From Eledone cirrhosa (taxonomy: Eukaryota): a stretch of 22,722 nucleotides of DNA. Below the pieces are notes generated by a model. It searched no databases, was not told the DNA's origin, and saw only the letters and a program-made list of their open reading frames with translations. The stretch is from NCBI GenBank assembly GCA_964016885.1, contig CAXHJY010000484.1, positions 1-22,722 of the forward strand. The letters run 5' to 3'. Positions 1-11,468 of this stretch are shown here, piece by piece; the first letter of the stretch is position 1; each line of letters opens with the position of its first letter. The position numbers were made by a program, and so were the translations under genes.

Positions 1-510
1 ATCACGAAAAAGATAGATGGCATGTCAGACCTTGACTACTGGGGTCGACTAGAAAAGCTGAAACTTTACTCACTCCAACGTCGCCGTGAGCGTTATATTA
101 TCTGCATGATGTGGAAAATGTTCCATCATCACTGCCCAAATGATGTTGGCATCGCCTTCAAGATACACCCAAGGCTTGGGCCCCGTGCTATCCGTCCCAT
201 TCAAAAATCTAAATCGCAACTCATAACAACAATACGGCACAATTATTTCACCTCAATCGGCCCTGCTCTCTTCAACATCACACCAGGACACGTCAAAACA
301 GAAACTGACCACACAAAATTCAAGAAGTCTTTGGACAAATTCCTCCAAGTAATCCCGGACAAACCACCCACACCCGGATATGTCTCCGCAAACAGTAATT
401 CTCTTCTCGAATGGGCCATGGTGCCCAAATCCTGAATTGAAAGACTTCGCCAGGTGGTGCTATTAAGTTAGACATGGCCTGGGCCAATACTGGCCAAAAC
501 ATTTCAAAGT
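1..510 (+). mobile_element. CR1-clade LINE 3' end (ORF2 C-terminus 1-435 plus short 3' UTR)
   Basis: Frame reads ITKKIDGMSDLDYWGRLEKLKLYSLQRRRERY...GPALFN...FKKSLDKFL...SNSLL, typical of the CR1/L2-group ORF2 C-terminus. Stop at 435; the UTR ends at a (TA)n tract. Confidence 0.85.
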
Positions 511-876
<366 letters not shown>

Positions 877-1311
877 GATTTTGAGTTTATGTTGGTTGTA
901 TACCAACACCTCAGTATGCAGGCTGGAGCACTCGACGAAGTGCGCAGGTTGGTTTGGTTACTCCGGAGTAGTGTAAAATAAAGTTAAATAAAAGTCAAAT
1001 GATTAAAATTTAGCTTCGTTTATTACTGCTATATATATTTCAGTGACAGCCATCTTTGGCTGTGACCTCTTCAGGCAGTTTGAATTAGTATGGTATAGAC
1101 AAGTACAGTGAATTAACAACCCAGCAAGGAACTGGGCATATCAGAGTATTGACAATATCATACACCTAAACAACATATGTACTTGTCTATACCATACTAA
1201 TTCAAACTGCCTGAAGAGGTCACAGCCAAAGATGGCTGTCACTGAAATATATATAGCAGTAATAAACGAAGCTAAATTTTAATCATTTGACTTTTATTTA
1301 ACTTTATTTTA
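877..1311. mobile_element. Penelope-like terminal fragment with 134-bp inverted repeat (974-1107 / 1178-1311)
   Basis: Perfect inverted arms with a 70-bp spacer, flanked by (TA)n. Each arm carries an HHR motif followed by AATAAA. Confidence 0.7.
1206..1260 (+). ncRNA. Type I hammerhead ribozyme (minimal; mirror copy on - strand at 1025-1079)
   Basis: ACTGC-CTGAAGA-[GGTCACAGCC AAAGAT GGCTGTCACT]-GAAA-TATATA-TA-GCAGT: helix I ACTGC/GCAGT, conserved core, palindromic helix III, AUA cleavage triplet. Confidence 0.8.
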
Positions 1312-1352
1312 TATATATATATACATATATATATATACATATATATATATAC

Positions 1353-1415
<63 letters not shown>

Positions 1416-1461
1416 CATATATATATACATATATATATATATACACATATATATATATATA
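1312..1461. repeat. (TA)n compound microsatellite
   Basis: Directly visible. Confidence 0.95.
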
Positions 1462-1576
1462 TAAGTTGAAAAAAATGAAAACCAAATTTCATTTCTCACT
1501 CTTAGTATGGCACTTACTTAAATGTAAGTATGTATGTATACGTACATACATATATGTATACAGACGTACAGTAGCA

Positions 1577-1622
<46 letters not shown>

Positions 1623-1856
1623 CATATACACAAACACGCAGGTACACATACATATATGCACGCATCAGTTGAAACTAGTACATCGTTCCTGTGTCAATGT
1701 TGAACAAAAAGGTGACGTGGTTGCCTTAACACCGTATGGCATAAATTCAGGCTGTTCGGTTTGTTGACAAACAAACGAACAAAGCGGCGTTATAATAAAC
1801 GTCCGCTAAACTGATGCGTGCATATATGTATGTGTACTTGCGTGTATGTGTCTATG

Positions 1857-1902
<46 letters not shown>

Positions 1903-2136
1903 TGCTACTGTACGTCTGTATACATATATGTATGTACGTATACATACATACTTACATTTAAGTAAGTGCCATACTAAGAGTGAGAAATGAAATTTCGTTT
2001 TCATATTTTTCAACTTATCGTTTTCGGTATGCCTGACCGATTTAACTCACTCAATTTGCAAATTAGGCTGCTCAGCCGTTAATTTTCATAAGGAAAGTAT
2101 ATACTTTCGAACGTTCAACTATCTGGCAGATGGGTA

Positions 2137-2181
2137 AACGGTGCTGATGATAGCTAACAAGCTTGAAACTAGTACATCGTT
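2137..2181 (+). ncRNA. Type I minimal hammerhead ribozyme
   Basis: AACGGTG-CTGATGA-T AGCT AACA AGCT T-GAAA-CTAG-TA-CATCGTT: 7-bp helix I (one G-U), helix II AGCT/AGCT, palindromic helix III ACTAGT, GUA triplet. Confidence 0.85.
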
Positions 2182-2616
2182 CCTGTGTCAGTGTTGAACA
2201 AAAAGGTGACGTGGTTGCCTTAACACCGTATGGCATAAATTCAGGCTGTTCGGTTTGTTGACAAACAAACGAACAAAGCGGCGTTATAATAAACGTCCGC
2301 TAAACTGATGCGTGCATATATGTATGTGGACCTGCGTGTATGTGTATATGTATGTGTATATATATATATATATATATATGCATGCTACTGTACGTCTGTA
2401 TACATATATGTATGTACGTATACATACATACTTACATTTAAGTAAGTGCCATACTAAGAGTGAGAAATGAAATTTCGTTTTCATTTTTTTCAACTTATCG
2501 TTTTCGGTATGCCTGACCGATTTTACTCACTCAATATGCAAATTAGGCTGCTCAGCCGTTAATTTTCATAAGGAAAGTATATACTTTCGAACGTTCAACT
2601 ATCTGGCAGATGGGTA

Positions 2617-2661
2617 AACGGTGCTGATGATAGCTAACAAGCTTGAAACTAGTACATCGTT
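2617..2661 (+). ncRNA. Type I minimal hammerhead ribozyme (identical second copy)
   Basis: Same sequence as 2137-2181, exactly 480 bp downstream. Confidence 0.85.
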
Positions 2662-2830
2662 CCTGTGTCAGTGTTGAACAAAAAGGTGACGTGGTTGCCT
2701 TAACACCGTATGGCATAAATTCAGGCTGTTCGGTTTGTTGACAAACAAACGAACAAAGCGGCGTTATAATAAACGTCCGCTAAACTGATGCGTGCATATA
2801 TGTATGTGTACCTGCGTGTATGTGTATATG

Positions 2831-2861
<31 letters not shown>

Positions 2862-2920
2862 GCATGCTACTGTACGTCTGTATACATATATGTATGTACG
2901 TATACATACATACTTACATT

Positions 2921-2921
<1 letters not shown>

Positions 2922-2966
<45 letters not shown>

Positions 2967-3185
2967 TAGATATACATATATATACATATATATATATACA
3001 TATATATATATACATATATATATATACATATATATATATACATATATATATATACATATATATATATACATATATATATATACATATATATATACATATA
3101 TATATATACATATATATATACATATATATATATACATATATATATACATATATATATATACATATATATATACATATATATATAC

Positions 3186-3220
<35 letters not shown>

Positions 3221-3221
3221 C

Positions 3222-3292
<71 letters not shown>

Positions 3293-3300
3293 CATATATA
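2922..3300. repeat. (TA)n/(TACATATATA) microsatellite
   Basis: Directly visible. Confidence 0.98.
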
Positions 3301-6300
3301 TCATCATCATCATCATCAACGTTTAACATCCGTGTTCCACGCTTGCATGGGTTTGGACGGGGGTAGTCCCACTTGAGGCAAGAGTGATTGTCTTGCTCGC
3401 ATAGGACTATCTGGCAGGTTTTCTACAGTTGGATGCCCTTCCTAACACCAACCACATTTACAGTGTGGGTCTGGGAGGTTTTTACCGTGTTGCCTACACG
3501 GCCACATTACAGCGTGGACTGTGTGTTTTTTTGTCGTGACACCTACACGATCTCATTTGTTTCGGCCCGGATGGCGCGGCACCAACATAACTTTACATAG
3601 AACGGGGTGGTGTGGGGGGGTGGGGGTGTATTTTGTTAGAGATGCCTACTGGCTGTAGTAGGTGCCTATTTAGGTAAAGCGGGTCTTCTCTGTTACTGAG
3701 TACCGCCAAAGGTCTCGGTCCAGTGACATTGTCTTGGTGAGGTGTAAGTGTGTGAGGTCGGAGTTTTAGTGGGTTTTACTATGTATTTAGGTAAGGCGGG
3801 TCTTCTCTGTTACTGAGTATCGCCAAAGGTCTCGGTCCAGTGACATTGTCTTGGTGAGGTGTAAGTGTGTGAGGTCGGAGTTTATCAGCTCATCCCATGT
3901 TTTTCTAGGTCTGCCTATTCCGTGGCTACCGTCTATCTTTATTGCCCTGCACTTTGTTATACAGCTATCGACTTTCATGCGCATCACGTGTCCATACCAA
4001 CGCAGCCTTCTCTCGAGTAAACAACATCTGATCCCTCTTATCTCTAATTTTTTCCTTAGTTCGTTTATGCTTTGCCGTTCACAGTATATTACTGTTACAC
4101 ATCCAGCGGAGCATGCAAGCTTCGTTCCTCTCTAGTCTGCGTATATCCTCTGCACACAATGCCCAGGTCTCACTGCCATGCAACATTGCTGTTCGTATGC
4201 AGGCATCGTACAACCTGCCTTTCATTTTTAGGGAGAACCCTTTAGCAGCTAATAGTGGTATAAGCTCTCTGAACTTTTTCCAACCAGTTCTGACTCTAGC
4301 TACTGTACTTTCAGAGCACCCTACCCCACTGCTGATTTTATCGCCCAGGTAACGGAAGCTGTCCACTATTTCTATAGAACCCTCTGCGCAATTGAAAGAG
4401 CTAGTATTTTGTGGGCACTTGCTGCTACTTATTGCACCAGAACACCGGCCACATGTAAAATCTATGTTCTTAGTTAGCTTACCTGTGATCCCACTACATC
4501 TTTTATGCACCCATACTTTGCATTTAGGACATCAAATGGAGTTTCTACCTACGCCTTTCCTACACACCGAGCACGACCATTTCCCAGAAGGGACCGCCGC
4601 CTTGTTTTCTTTCCTACAAACTAGAACTTTAGTCTTAGCCAGGTTAATTTTAAGTCCTTTTGACTCTAGGCCGTGCTTCCATGTTTGGAATTTCTTCTCT
4701 AGCTCGGCCATTGATTCCGCTATGAGTGTCAGGTCGTCTGCGTATAGGAGTTCCCATGGGCAGCCGGTCTTGAACTCCTCTGTTATAGCCTAAAGGGCAA
4801 TAATAAATAGTAGGGGGCTGAGAACAGAGCCCTGATGGACGCCAACTTTTACGCTAAACTCTTCACTATATTCGTTGTTAATTCTAACCTTGCTGACTGT
4901 TTCTTTATACATGGCTTGTATAGCCCTCACAAGCCATTCGTCAACGCCTAGTTTTCTAAGAGCCCACCAGATAATGGAGCGGGGGACTCTGTCGAAGGCT
5001 TTCTCCAAGTCGACAAAAGCTAAGTAGAGGGGTTTACCTTTAGCTAGGTACTTCTCCTGTAGTTGTCGTACAATGAAAAGAGCGTCTGTGGTACTTTTGC
5101 CTGACACAAACCCGAACTGCATTTCATCTAGGTCAATTCTCTCTCTGATTAGTTGCGCTATTACTTTTTCAGTGACCTTCATGACCTGGTCGATTAATTT
5201 AATGCCTCTATAGTTACTCCTATCTAGGGCGTCTCCTTTACCCTTATAACAGTTAACGATGATGCTGCTATGCTAGTCCTTCGGAACAACCCCATTCTGT
5301 ACGACTTGGTTAACTATACGGGTGACCATGGTGTGTCCCACCGTGCCAGATGCCTTCAGCATCTCAGCAACTATTTCCGAAGGCCCAGCCGCCTTACCCG
5401 CCTTCATATCCTTGATTGCCTTACTTATTATACTCCCCTCGACTAACACTGCTGGTCCCTCTGTTGGGTCGATATGGGGGAGACTGTCTTTCTCCCATTT
5501 ATTCTCCTCATTTAGTAGCTTTTCATAGTGACACTTCCAAGCTACCTTCTTATCAGCGTCGGTGATGGCAAGTATGCCATCATCGTTAAGTACACACTTC
5601 TCCCCGACAATATCACGGTTTTCCTTGACGCATTGCCTAGCAATCCTGAACACCTCACGTTTTTGGTCCTCGCGTTGTAGAACATGCTTGAACTTTCTTT
5701 CCTCAGCTTCCCTTCTTGCTAAGTACACTTGTCTCCTAGCTTCCCTCCTGGCCACTTGATAGTCTTCTCTACTTCCCCCATCCCGCCATACTTTCCAAGC
5801 CTGCTTTTTGGCCTTAATTGACCCCTCCACCTTACTGTTCCACCACCATGTTACTCTCCTCCTGCCTGCAGGCCTGCTCCAGCCACAGACTTCGTCTGTC
5901 GCCATCAGCAGGTTTGCTTTCAGAAATTCCCACTGTCCCTCTATATTGTCCGACTCTAAATGTTCTTCCTTACTGTCGAAAGCATCAAGTAATATGCTTT
6001 GAAATTTATTTCTGGCTGTGGGGTCCTTTAGCTTCCATATTTTTCTCCTGAGGATAGTCCTCTTCTGCTGTCGAGTACGTCTCGTCCTGACTATGAGGTC
6101 GCTAATTATCAGTCTATGTTGGGAGGTGCATTCTTCATGGGGGAGGGATTTAGTGTTTACAACAGACACTCTGTCACGTCTTCTGGTAAGGATATAATCT
6201 ACCTGGCTTGTGTGTTCCCCGGATCTATAGGTGATCAGGTGATTGTCACGTTTTTTGAAGTTAGTGTTACAGATAGTTAGGTTATTTGCATCACAGAATT

Positions 6301-6430
6301 CCAGGATTCTGGAGCCTTCCTCATTTCTAGTACCAAACCCATAGCCTCCATGGATTTCGTCGTAGCCGTCACAATGTTGTCCAACGTGACCATTTAGGTC
6401 GCCTGCAATAATTATATAGTCACTGTCGGA
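3301..6430 (-). mobile_element. RTE-clade LINE, 5'-truncated, with (GAT)n tail
   Basis: APE motifs ([24 protein letters not shown]), RT motifs (FVDLEKAFDRVPR, GVHQGSVLSPLLF, ELLYADDL, FRYLG), C-terminal RLRWYGHVMR...GRPRKTW, 3' UTR with AGGAAGGGCATCC, GATGATGAT tail at 3301-3318. Confidence 0.95.
3787..6430 (-). pseudogene. Disrupted RTE endonuclease/reverse transcriptase ORF
   Basis: In-frame stops at 5273-5275 (TAG), 4790-4792 (TAG) and 4532-4534 (TGA), plus a frameshift near 4080. N-terminus lost in the (TA)n tract. Confidence 0.9.
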
Positions 6431-6483
6431 TACATATATATATATACATATATATATATACATATATACATATATACATATAC

Positions 6484-6532
<49 letters not shown>

Positions 6533-6542
6533 CATATACATG

Positions 6543-6715
6543 TAAAGTTATATTTAAAATTGTTGGGTTACAACTAGTAAATATTTATAACTGATATAAA
6601 AGCACTCGACAAATATTTGGAGTATATTTACAATATTAACATGATATCCCCGAAATATATATAATGAAATAAATATGGTTTTATAAATATAGTTTTCCAT
6701 TTATTTAATATTGTA
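6543..6715. mobile_element. Penelope-like terminal fragment (family B) with inversion; only the 3' half of the HHR is retained
   Basis: Matches 7933-8028, 9785-10204 and 22061-22310. Contains CCCCGAAATATATATAATGAAATA and short inverted TACAATATTAA/TTAATATTGTA. Confidence 0.65.
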
Positions 6716-6820
6716 TATATACATATATATATATACATATATATATATACATATATATATATACATATATATATATATACATATATATACATATATATAT
6801 ATATACATATATATATACAC

Positions 6821-6855
<35 letters not shown>

Positions 6856-6856
<1 letters not shown>

Positions 6857-7143
6857 CATTATCATCACCGTTTTACGTCCATTCTTCCACGCTAGCATGG
6901 GTTAGACGGGTTGTCCTATTGTGGGCAGTGTCTGGTCGGCTGACCATGCCTTGCTCATACAGGAACTGATTTGGCTTGATTTCTACAGCAGGATGCCCTT
7001 CCTAACACCAACCCCATTTACAGTGAGTGCTAGGTGCTTTTTAGTGGCGCCTACACGTCCACTTTACAGTGTGGGCTGGGTGCTTTTTTGCCGTGGCACC
7101 TCCACAACCACCTTGCGGTGGGGGGTGTGGGGGCATATTGTCT
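6856..7143 (-). mobile_element. RTE 3' UTR fragment
   Basis: Near-identical to 7417-7705 and 14070-14358; GGATGCCCTTCCTAACACCAACC motif; (GAT)n tail. Confidence 0.85.
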
Positions 7144-7196
7144 ATATATACATACATATATATATATTGTCATATATATACATATATATATATATG

Positions 7197-7234
<38 letters not shown>

Positions 7235-7356
7235 CATATATATACATATATATACATATATATACATATATATAAATATACATAAATATACATATATATA
7301 CATATTACATAAATATACATATATATACATATATATACATATATATATATATATTA

Positions 7357-7402
7357 TTCTTTTACCTGTTTCAGCCATCCGGCTGAGGCCATGCTGGGGC
7401 AC
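7357..7402 (-). mobile_element. Short SINE 3' fragment
   Basis: TTCTTTTACCTGTTTCAGCCATCCGGCTGAGGCCATGCTGGGGCAC resembles, from memory, the end of an abundant Octopus SINE. Confidence 0.5.
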
Positions 7403-7416
7403 ATATATATATATAT

Positions 7417-7899
7417 CATCATCATCACCGTTTCACGTCCGTTCTTCTATGCTAGCATGGGTTAGACGGTTGTCCTGTTGTGGGCAGTGTCTGATCGGCT
7501 GACCATGCCTTGCTCATACAGGAACTGATTTGGCTTGATTTCTACAGCAGGATGCCCTTCCTAACACCAACCTCATTTACAGTGAGTGTTGGGTGCTTTT
7601 TCGTGGCGCCAACACGTCCACTTTACAGTGTGGGCTGGGTGCTGTTTTGCCGTGGCACCTCCACGACCACCTTGCGGTGGGAAGGTGTGGGTGCATATTG
7701 TCTATATGCTTCAGCTTGTACCCATGGGAGGTCGGGTACTCTGTATTAATGTGTGACGCCAGAGGTGCAACTGTGTAAGGTTGGCTTTTATCACCTCATC
7801 CCAGGTCTTCTGGGGTCTCCCCACTCCGCGGTTTCCATTGACTTCTAGTGCTCTGCACCTTTTTATGCAGCTGTCATCCTTCATATGCATCACATGTCC
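7417..7899 (-). mobile_element. RTE LINE 3' fragment (second subfamily; ORF C-terminus plus UTR)
   Basis: Translates GHVMHMKDDSCIKRCRALEVNGNRGVGRPQKTWDEVIK, homologous to 3787-3987; (GAT)n tail. Confidence 0.9.
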
Positions 7900-7931
<32 letters not shown>

Positions 7932-8028
7932 GCAGAGGTTACATTTAATTTGTTGGGATACAACAAGCTTAAAAATATTTTTATAACTGATATAAAGCAC
8001 TCAACAAATTATTGGAGTAAATATACAA

Positions 8029-8901
8029 TCTATATATATAAAACTGTGGTTGTCCGTCTGTCTATCGATTTTTGGCACACATCTCCTCTTAGAATCTCTC
8101 ACGGAATTGCACCGAAATTGCTATACTTGTACATTGAGCCCTAGCGAAGACATCGGAAAAAAAAAATTTCAAATTGACCCACCCTATGTGACGAAATCGA
8201 ATATAATGTATCGATTTTTGAGCGTAAGTTATCAGTTATTTCCCTTTGTTCTGTTTACATTGAGCGTCTTACGTAAAAAATTACGCTGGCTTTCTCAGCG
8301 TTTAAAACGACATTAACACAATACATGAAGCTTCCGTTTTGCTTCATTTCCATTTAAAAGCATTTTAAAACAATATTTTTACTTGAAAACAAGTCTATTT
8401 AAAGACTACGTAAAACAAGCAAATATTTCGTCGTTAGGCGTGCAGACAGACAGTCGTGCAGAGAGGTGATATAGGCGTGCAGACAGACAGTCGTGCAGAG
8501 AGGTGATATAGGCGTGCAGACAGACAGTCGTGCAGAGAGGTGATATAGGCGTGCAGACAGACAGTCGTGCAGAGAGGTGATATAGGCGTGCAGACATAAC
8601 TGATAATTTGGTTACGGTAATGTTTTTCTCTGCGTTGCAGTGTTTACATTTTCGATCTTTGTTAATAAATAACCAGTGCAGTTTCTATCCCCAGCATCCT
8701 CTTTTGTTATAACATTCGGGTTATCGTTATGTTTTCTTAACTTCATAAGGCATATTGTTGGTTGAGGGAATATTAATCAAAAACACCACATGCAAGTCTG
8801 CACAGTAGACACTACAGTTTTTAAGCCAAGAAAGAAACTTAACATTGTAACTTTAACACAGCTACTGAGCGACCCCGAGCAACGCCGGGCTTTACTGCTA
8901 G
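8029..8901 (+). mobile_element. Non-autonomous Helitron
   Basis: 5' TCTATATATATAAAACTG followed by a GTCTGTCT tract; 3' hairpin CCCGAGCAACGCCGGG then CTAG; inserted between A and T; no clear target-site duplication. Confidence 0.88.
8435..8596. repeat. 37-bp minisatellite (~4.3 copies) inside the Helitron
   Basis: AGGCGTGCAGACAGACAGTCGTGCAGAGAGGTGATAT at 8436, 8473, 8510, 8547 and partial at 8584. Confidence 0.95.
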
Positions 8902-9078
8902 TATATTAATAAATGGAAACTATATTTATAAAACCATATTTATTTTATTAAACATGTTTCAAGGGCCACCAAGGCAAATTATGGTGCGCTTTCATCAGTC
9001 TATCCAGGAAGCTCCAACCGTTAAGGTTGTCTTTTTTCCGGGTATGTCAATATTTATTTATAAAACTAACCTGTATTG

Positions 9079-9144
9079 TATTTTATCTGATGAAAGCACA
9101 CCATAATTTGCCTTGGTGGCCCTTGAAACATGTATAATAAAATA
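9079..9144 (+). ncRNA. Type I hammerhead ribozyme motif (family B)
   Basis: TATTTTAT-CTGATGA-helix II (CACCA/TGGTG)-GAAA-CATGTA-TA-ATAAAATA. Helix III is imperfect in this copy. Confidence 0.6.
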
Positions 9145-9200
9145 AATATGGTTTTATAAATATAGTTTCCAATTGTTAATATATTGTGTATATATATATA

Positions 9201-9474
9201 TCATTTCATTTCAGTTCACGTCCACTTTTCCCTGCTTGCAAGGGTGGGACAGGAACTGATTCTGGCTTGATTTCTACAGCTGGACACCCTTCCTAACACC
9301 AACCTCATTTACAGTGAGTGCTGGGTGCTTTTTTGCCGTGGCACCTCCACGACCACTTTGCAGTGGAATGATAGGAACCCCAGTCCCTATCATCTCATTT
9401 CTACAGCTGAGTAAACTGGAGCAATGTGAAATAAAGTGTCTTGCTCAAGGAAACAACACATCACCTGGTCCGAG
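9201..9474 (-). mobile_element. SINE with RTE-derived tail, 5'-truncated
   Basis: Colinear with the full copy at 16036-16376. Confidence 0.85.
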
Positions 9475-9499
<25 letters not shown>

Positions 9500-9507
<8 letters not shown>

Positions 9508-9709
9508 ATACTTGGGGAGGGTCATATTTGTGTAATATTGCCAGAATTAATAACAGAACACACTCACTGTTTGGTTGGTTTTTGCTTTTGAGTGTGTTCT
9601 GTTATTAATTCTGGCAATATTACACAAATATGACCCTCCCCAAGTATAACAATATTTGTTTCGACACACGATTTCATATCAAAAACCTTGGAAAACTAAT
9701 TCATCGCCG

Positions 9710-9711
<2 letters not shown>
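9500..9711. repeat. 67-bp perfect inverted repeat (9500-9566 / 9589-9655) plus unique tail, within (TA)n
   Basis: Arms directly visible; no HHR core found. Confidence 0.85.
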
Positions 9712-9766
<55 letters not shown>

Positions 9767-9784
9767 TATACATATATATATATG

Positions 9785-10204
9785 TAAAAGTTCTATTTAA
9801 ATTGTTGGGATACAACAAGCAAATATTTTTATAACTGATATAAAGCACTCAACAAATATTTGGAGTAAAAATACGATATTAACAAATGGAAACTATATTT
9901 ATAAAACCATATTTATTTCATTATACATATTTCAAGGACACCAAGTTCAATTATGGTGTGCTTTCATCAGATAAAATATAATATAGAGCAGTTTTATAAA
10001 TAAATATTGACATACTCTTAAAAAATGCAACCATTACTGTTGGAAGCTCCCGGTTGCATTTTTTAAGGGTATGTCAATATTTATTTATAAAACTGCTCTA
10101 TATTATATTTTATCTGATGAAAGCACACCATAATTTAACTTGGTGTCCTTGAAATATGTATAATGAAATAAATATGGTTTTCTAAATATAGTTTCCATTT
10201 GTTA
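9785..10204. mobile_element. Penelope-like family B fold-back insert, ~153-bp inverted arms (9880-10032 / 10051-10204)
   Basis: Near-perfect palindrome flanked by (TA)n; HHR on both strands. Confidence 0.75.
10106..10170 (+). ncRNA. Type I hammerhead ribozyme (mirror copy on - strand at 9914-9978)
   Basis: TATTTTAT-CTGATGA-AAGCACACCA..TGGTGTCCTT-GAAA-TATGTA-TA-ATGAAATA. Confidence 0.75.
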
Positions 10205-10422
10205 TATATATATATATATATATGAAAGAAGGAATTGGTAGTTTACTTGAAGCATTGTGTAGTGAGGTATAAAGGTTTGAAGTTAGAAAGCCAGAACAAT
10301 GCAGTTTTGGATAATTTATTAGTAAATTAAGGTAAAAGACTAATTGTCAGCGTCATTGTCTTTTGCATTTATATTCTATATCCAAACCTCCATTGTGCTG
10401 GCCTTCTAACTTCAAACGTTTA

Positions 10423-10848
10423 TCTATATATATAAAGCTGTGGTTGTCTGTCTGTCTATCGATTTTTGGCACACATCTCCTCTTAGATTCTCTGACAGAA
10501 TTGCACCGAAATTGCTATACTTGTACATTGAGCCCTAGCGAAGACATCGGAAAAAAAATATTTCAAATTGACCCACCCTATGTGACGAAATCGAATCTTC
10601 GATCTTTGTTAATAAATAACCAGTGCAGTTTCTATCCCCAGCATCCTCTTTTGTTATAACATTCGGGTTATCGTTATGTTTTCTTAACTTCATAAGGCAT
10701 ATTGTTGGTTGAGGGAATATTAATCAAAAACACCACATGCAAGTCTGCACAGTAGACACTACAGTTTTTAAGCCAAAAAAGAAACTTAACATTGTAACTT
10801 TAACACAGCTACTGAGCGACCCCGAGCAACGCCGGGCTTTACTGCTAG
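10423..10848 (+). mobile_element. Non-autonomous Helitron, internally deleted relative of 8029-8901
   Basis: Same TC start and hairpin+CTAG end; lacks ~8203-8649 of the longer copy. Confidence 0.88.
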
Positions 10849-11468
10849 TATATTTATAAAACTGAGGTTGTCTGTCTGTCTGTCTACTAAAACCTTCGGC
10901 ACACATCTCCTCTTAAACCATACGTTCAAATTTCGGTGAAATTGCTACACTTATAGATGAAGGTCTGGCGGACGAACATACGCACACACAAATACACACA
11001 CACACACACAAACACACACGTGCGCGCGCGTATGTATAAACCTTATGCATTTCTACAGTATTTTCACCAAACTTAAGACATAGGTTACTTATGTACTCCG
11101 GATGGTCATGGGCACTTTCATTTTTCCAGATATTGATTATAGGGCCTCCCGGCAGATAACCCCCTTTAACCACTTCCTTGGAGTCAACTGAAGAACTGCA
11201 GTGCAATGCAACAAAACGTCATAACTTCTGGAGTTCGCAACCGATTTTCACAAAACTTGACACATGGGCTATGTTTGTCCTACAGACGAATGTGAACTCT
11301 CAGAATTGGCGCATATTGAGTAGGGGACCCCTGGGGGCAGGAACCCCCTTTTGGAAAAAGCCGATGATTTTGTAAAAGTATAGTTTTCGAAATAGCACTG
11401 AAGTATTGACATAAATGGTATACACAACTGCTATTTAATACCCGAGCAACACCGGGTACCTCTGCTAG
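10849..11468 (+). mobile_element. Non-autonomous Helitron (different subfamily) abutting the previous copy
   Basis: Starts TATATTTATAAAACTGAGGTTGTCTGTCTG; ends CCCGAGCAACACCGGGTACCTCTGCTAG followed by T. Confidence 0.8.

Larger units (their letters stand above)
1462..2921 (+). mobile_element. HHR-bearing ~480-bp tandem repeat (about 2.6 units from 1669) preceded by an inverted partial copy (1462-1670); retrozyme- or Penelope pLTR-like
   Basis: Units start TTGAAACTAGTAC at 1669, 2163 and 2643. 1462-1670 is the reverse complement of ~1809-2018. Flanked by (TA)n. Confidence 0.8.
7933..9186. mobile_element. Penelope-like family B fold-back insert (7933-8028 plus 8902-9186), interrupted by a Helitron
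   Basis: Sequence either side of 8029-8901 is colinear with 9785-10204. Inverted arms ~8903-8998 / 9087-9183. Confidence 0.75.
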
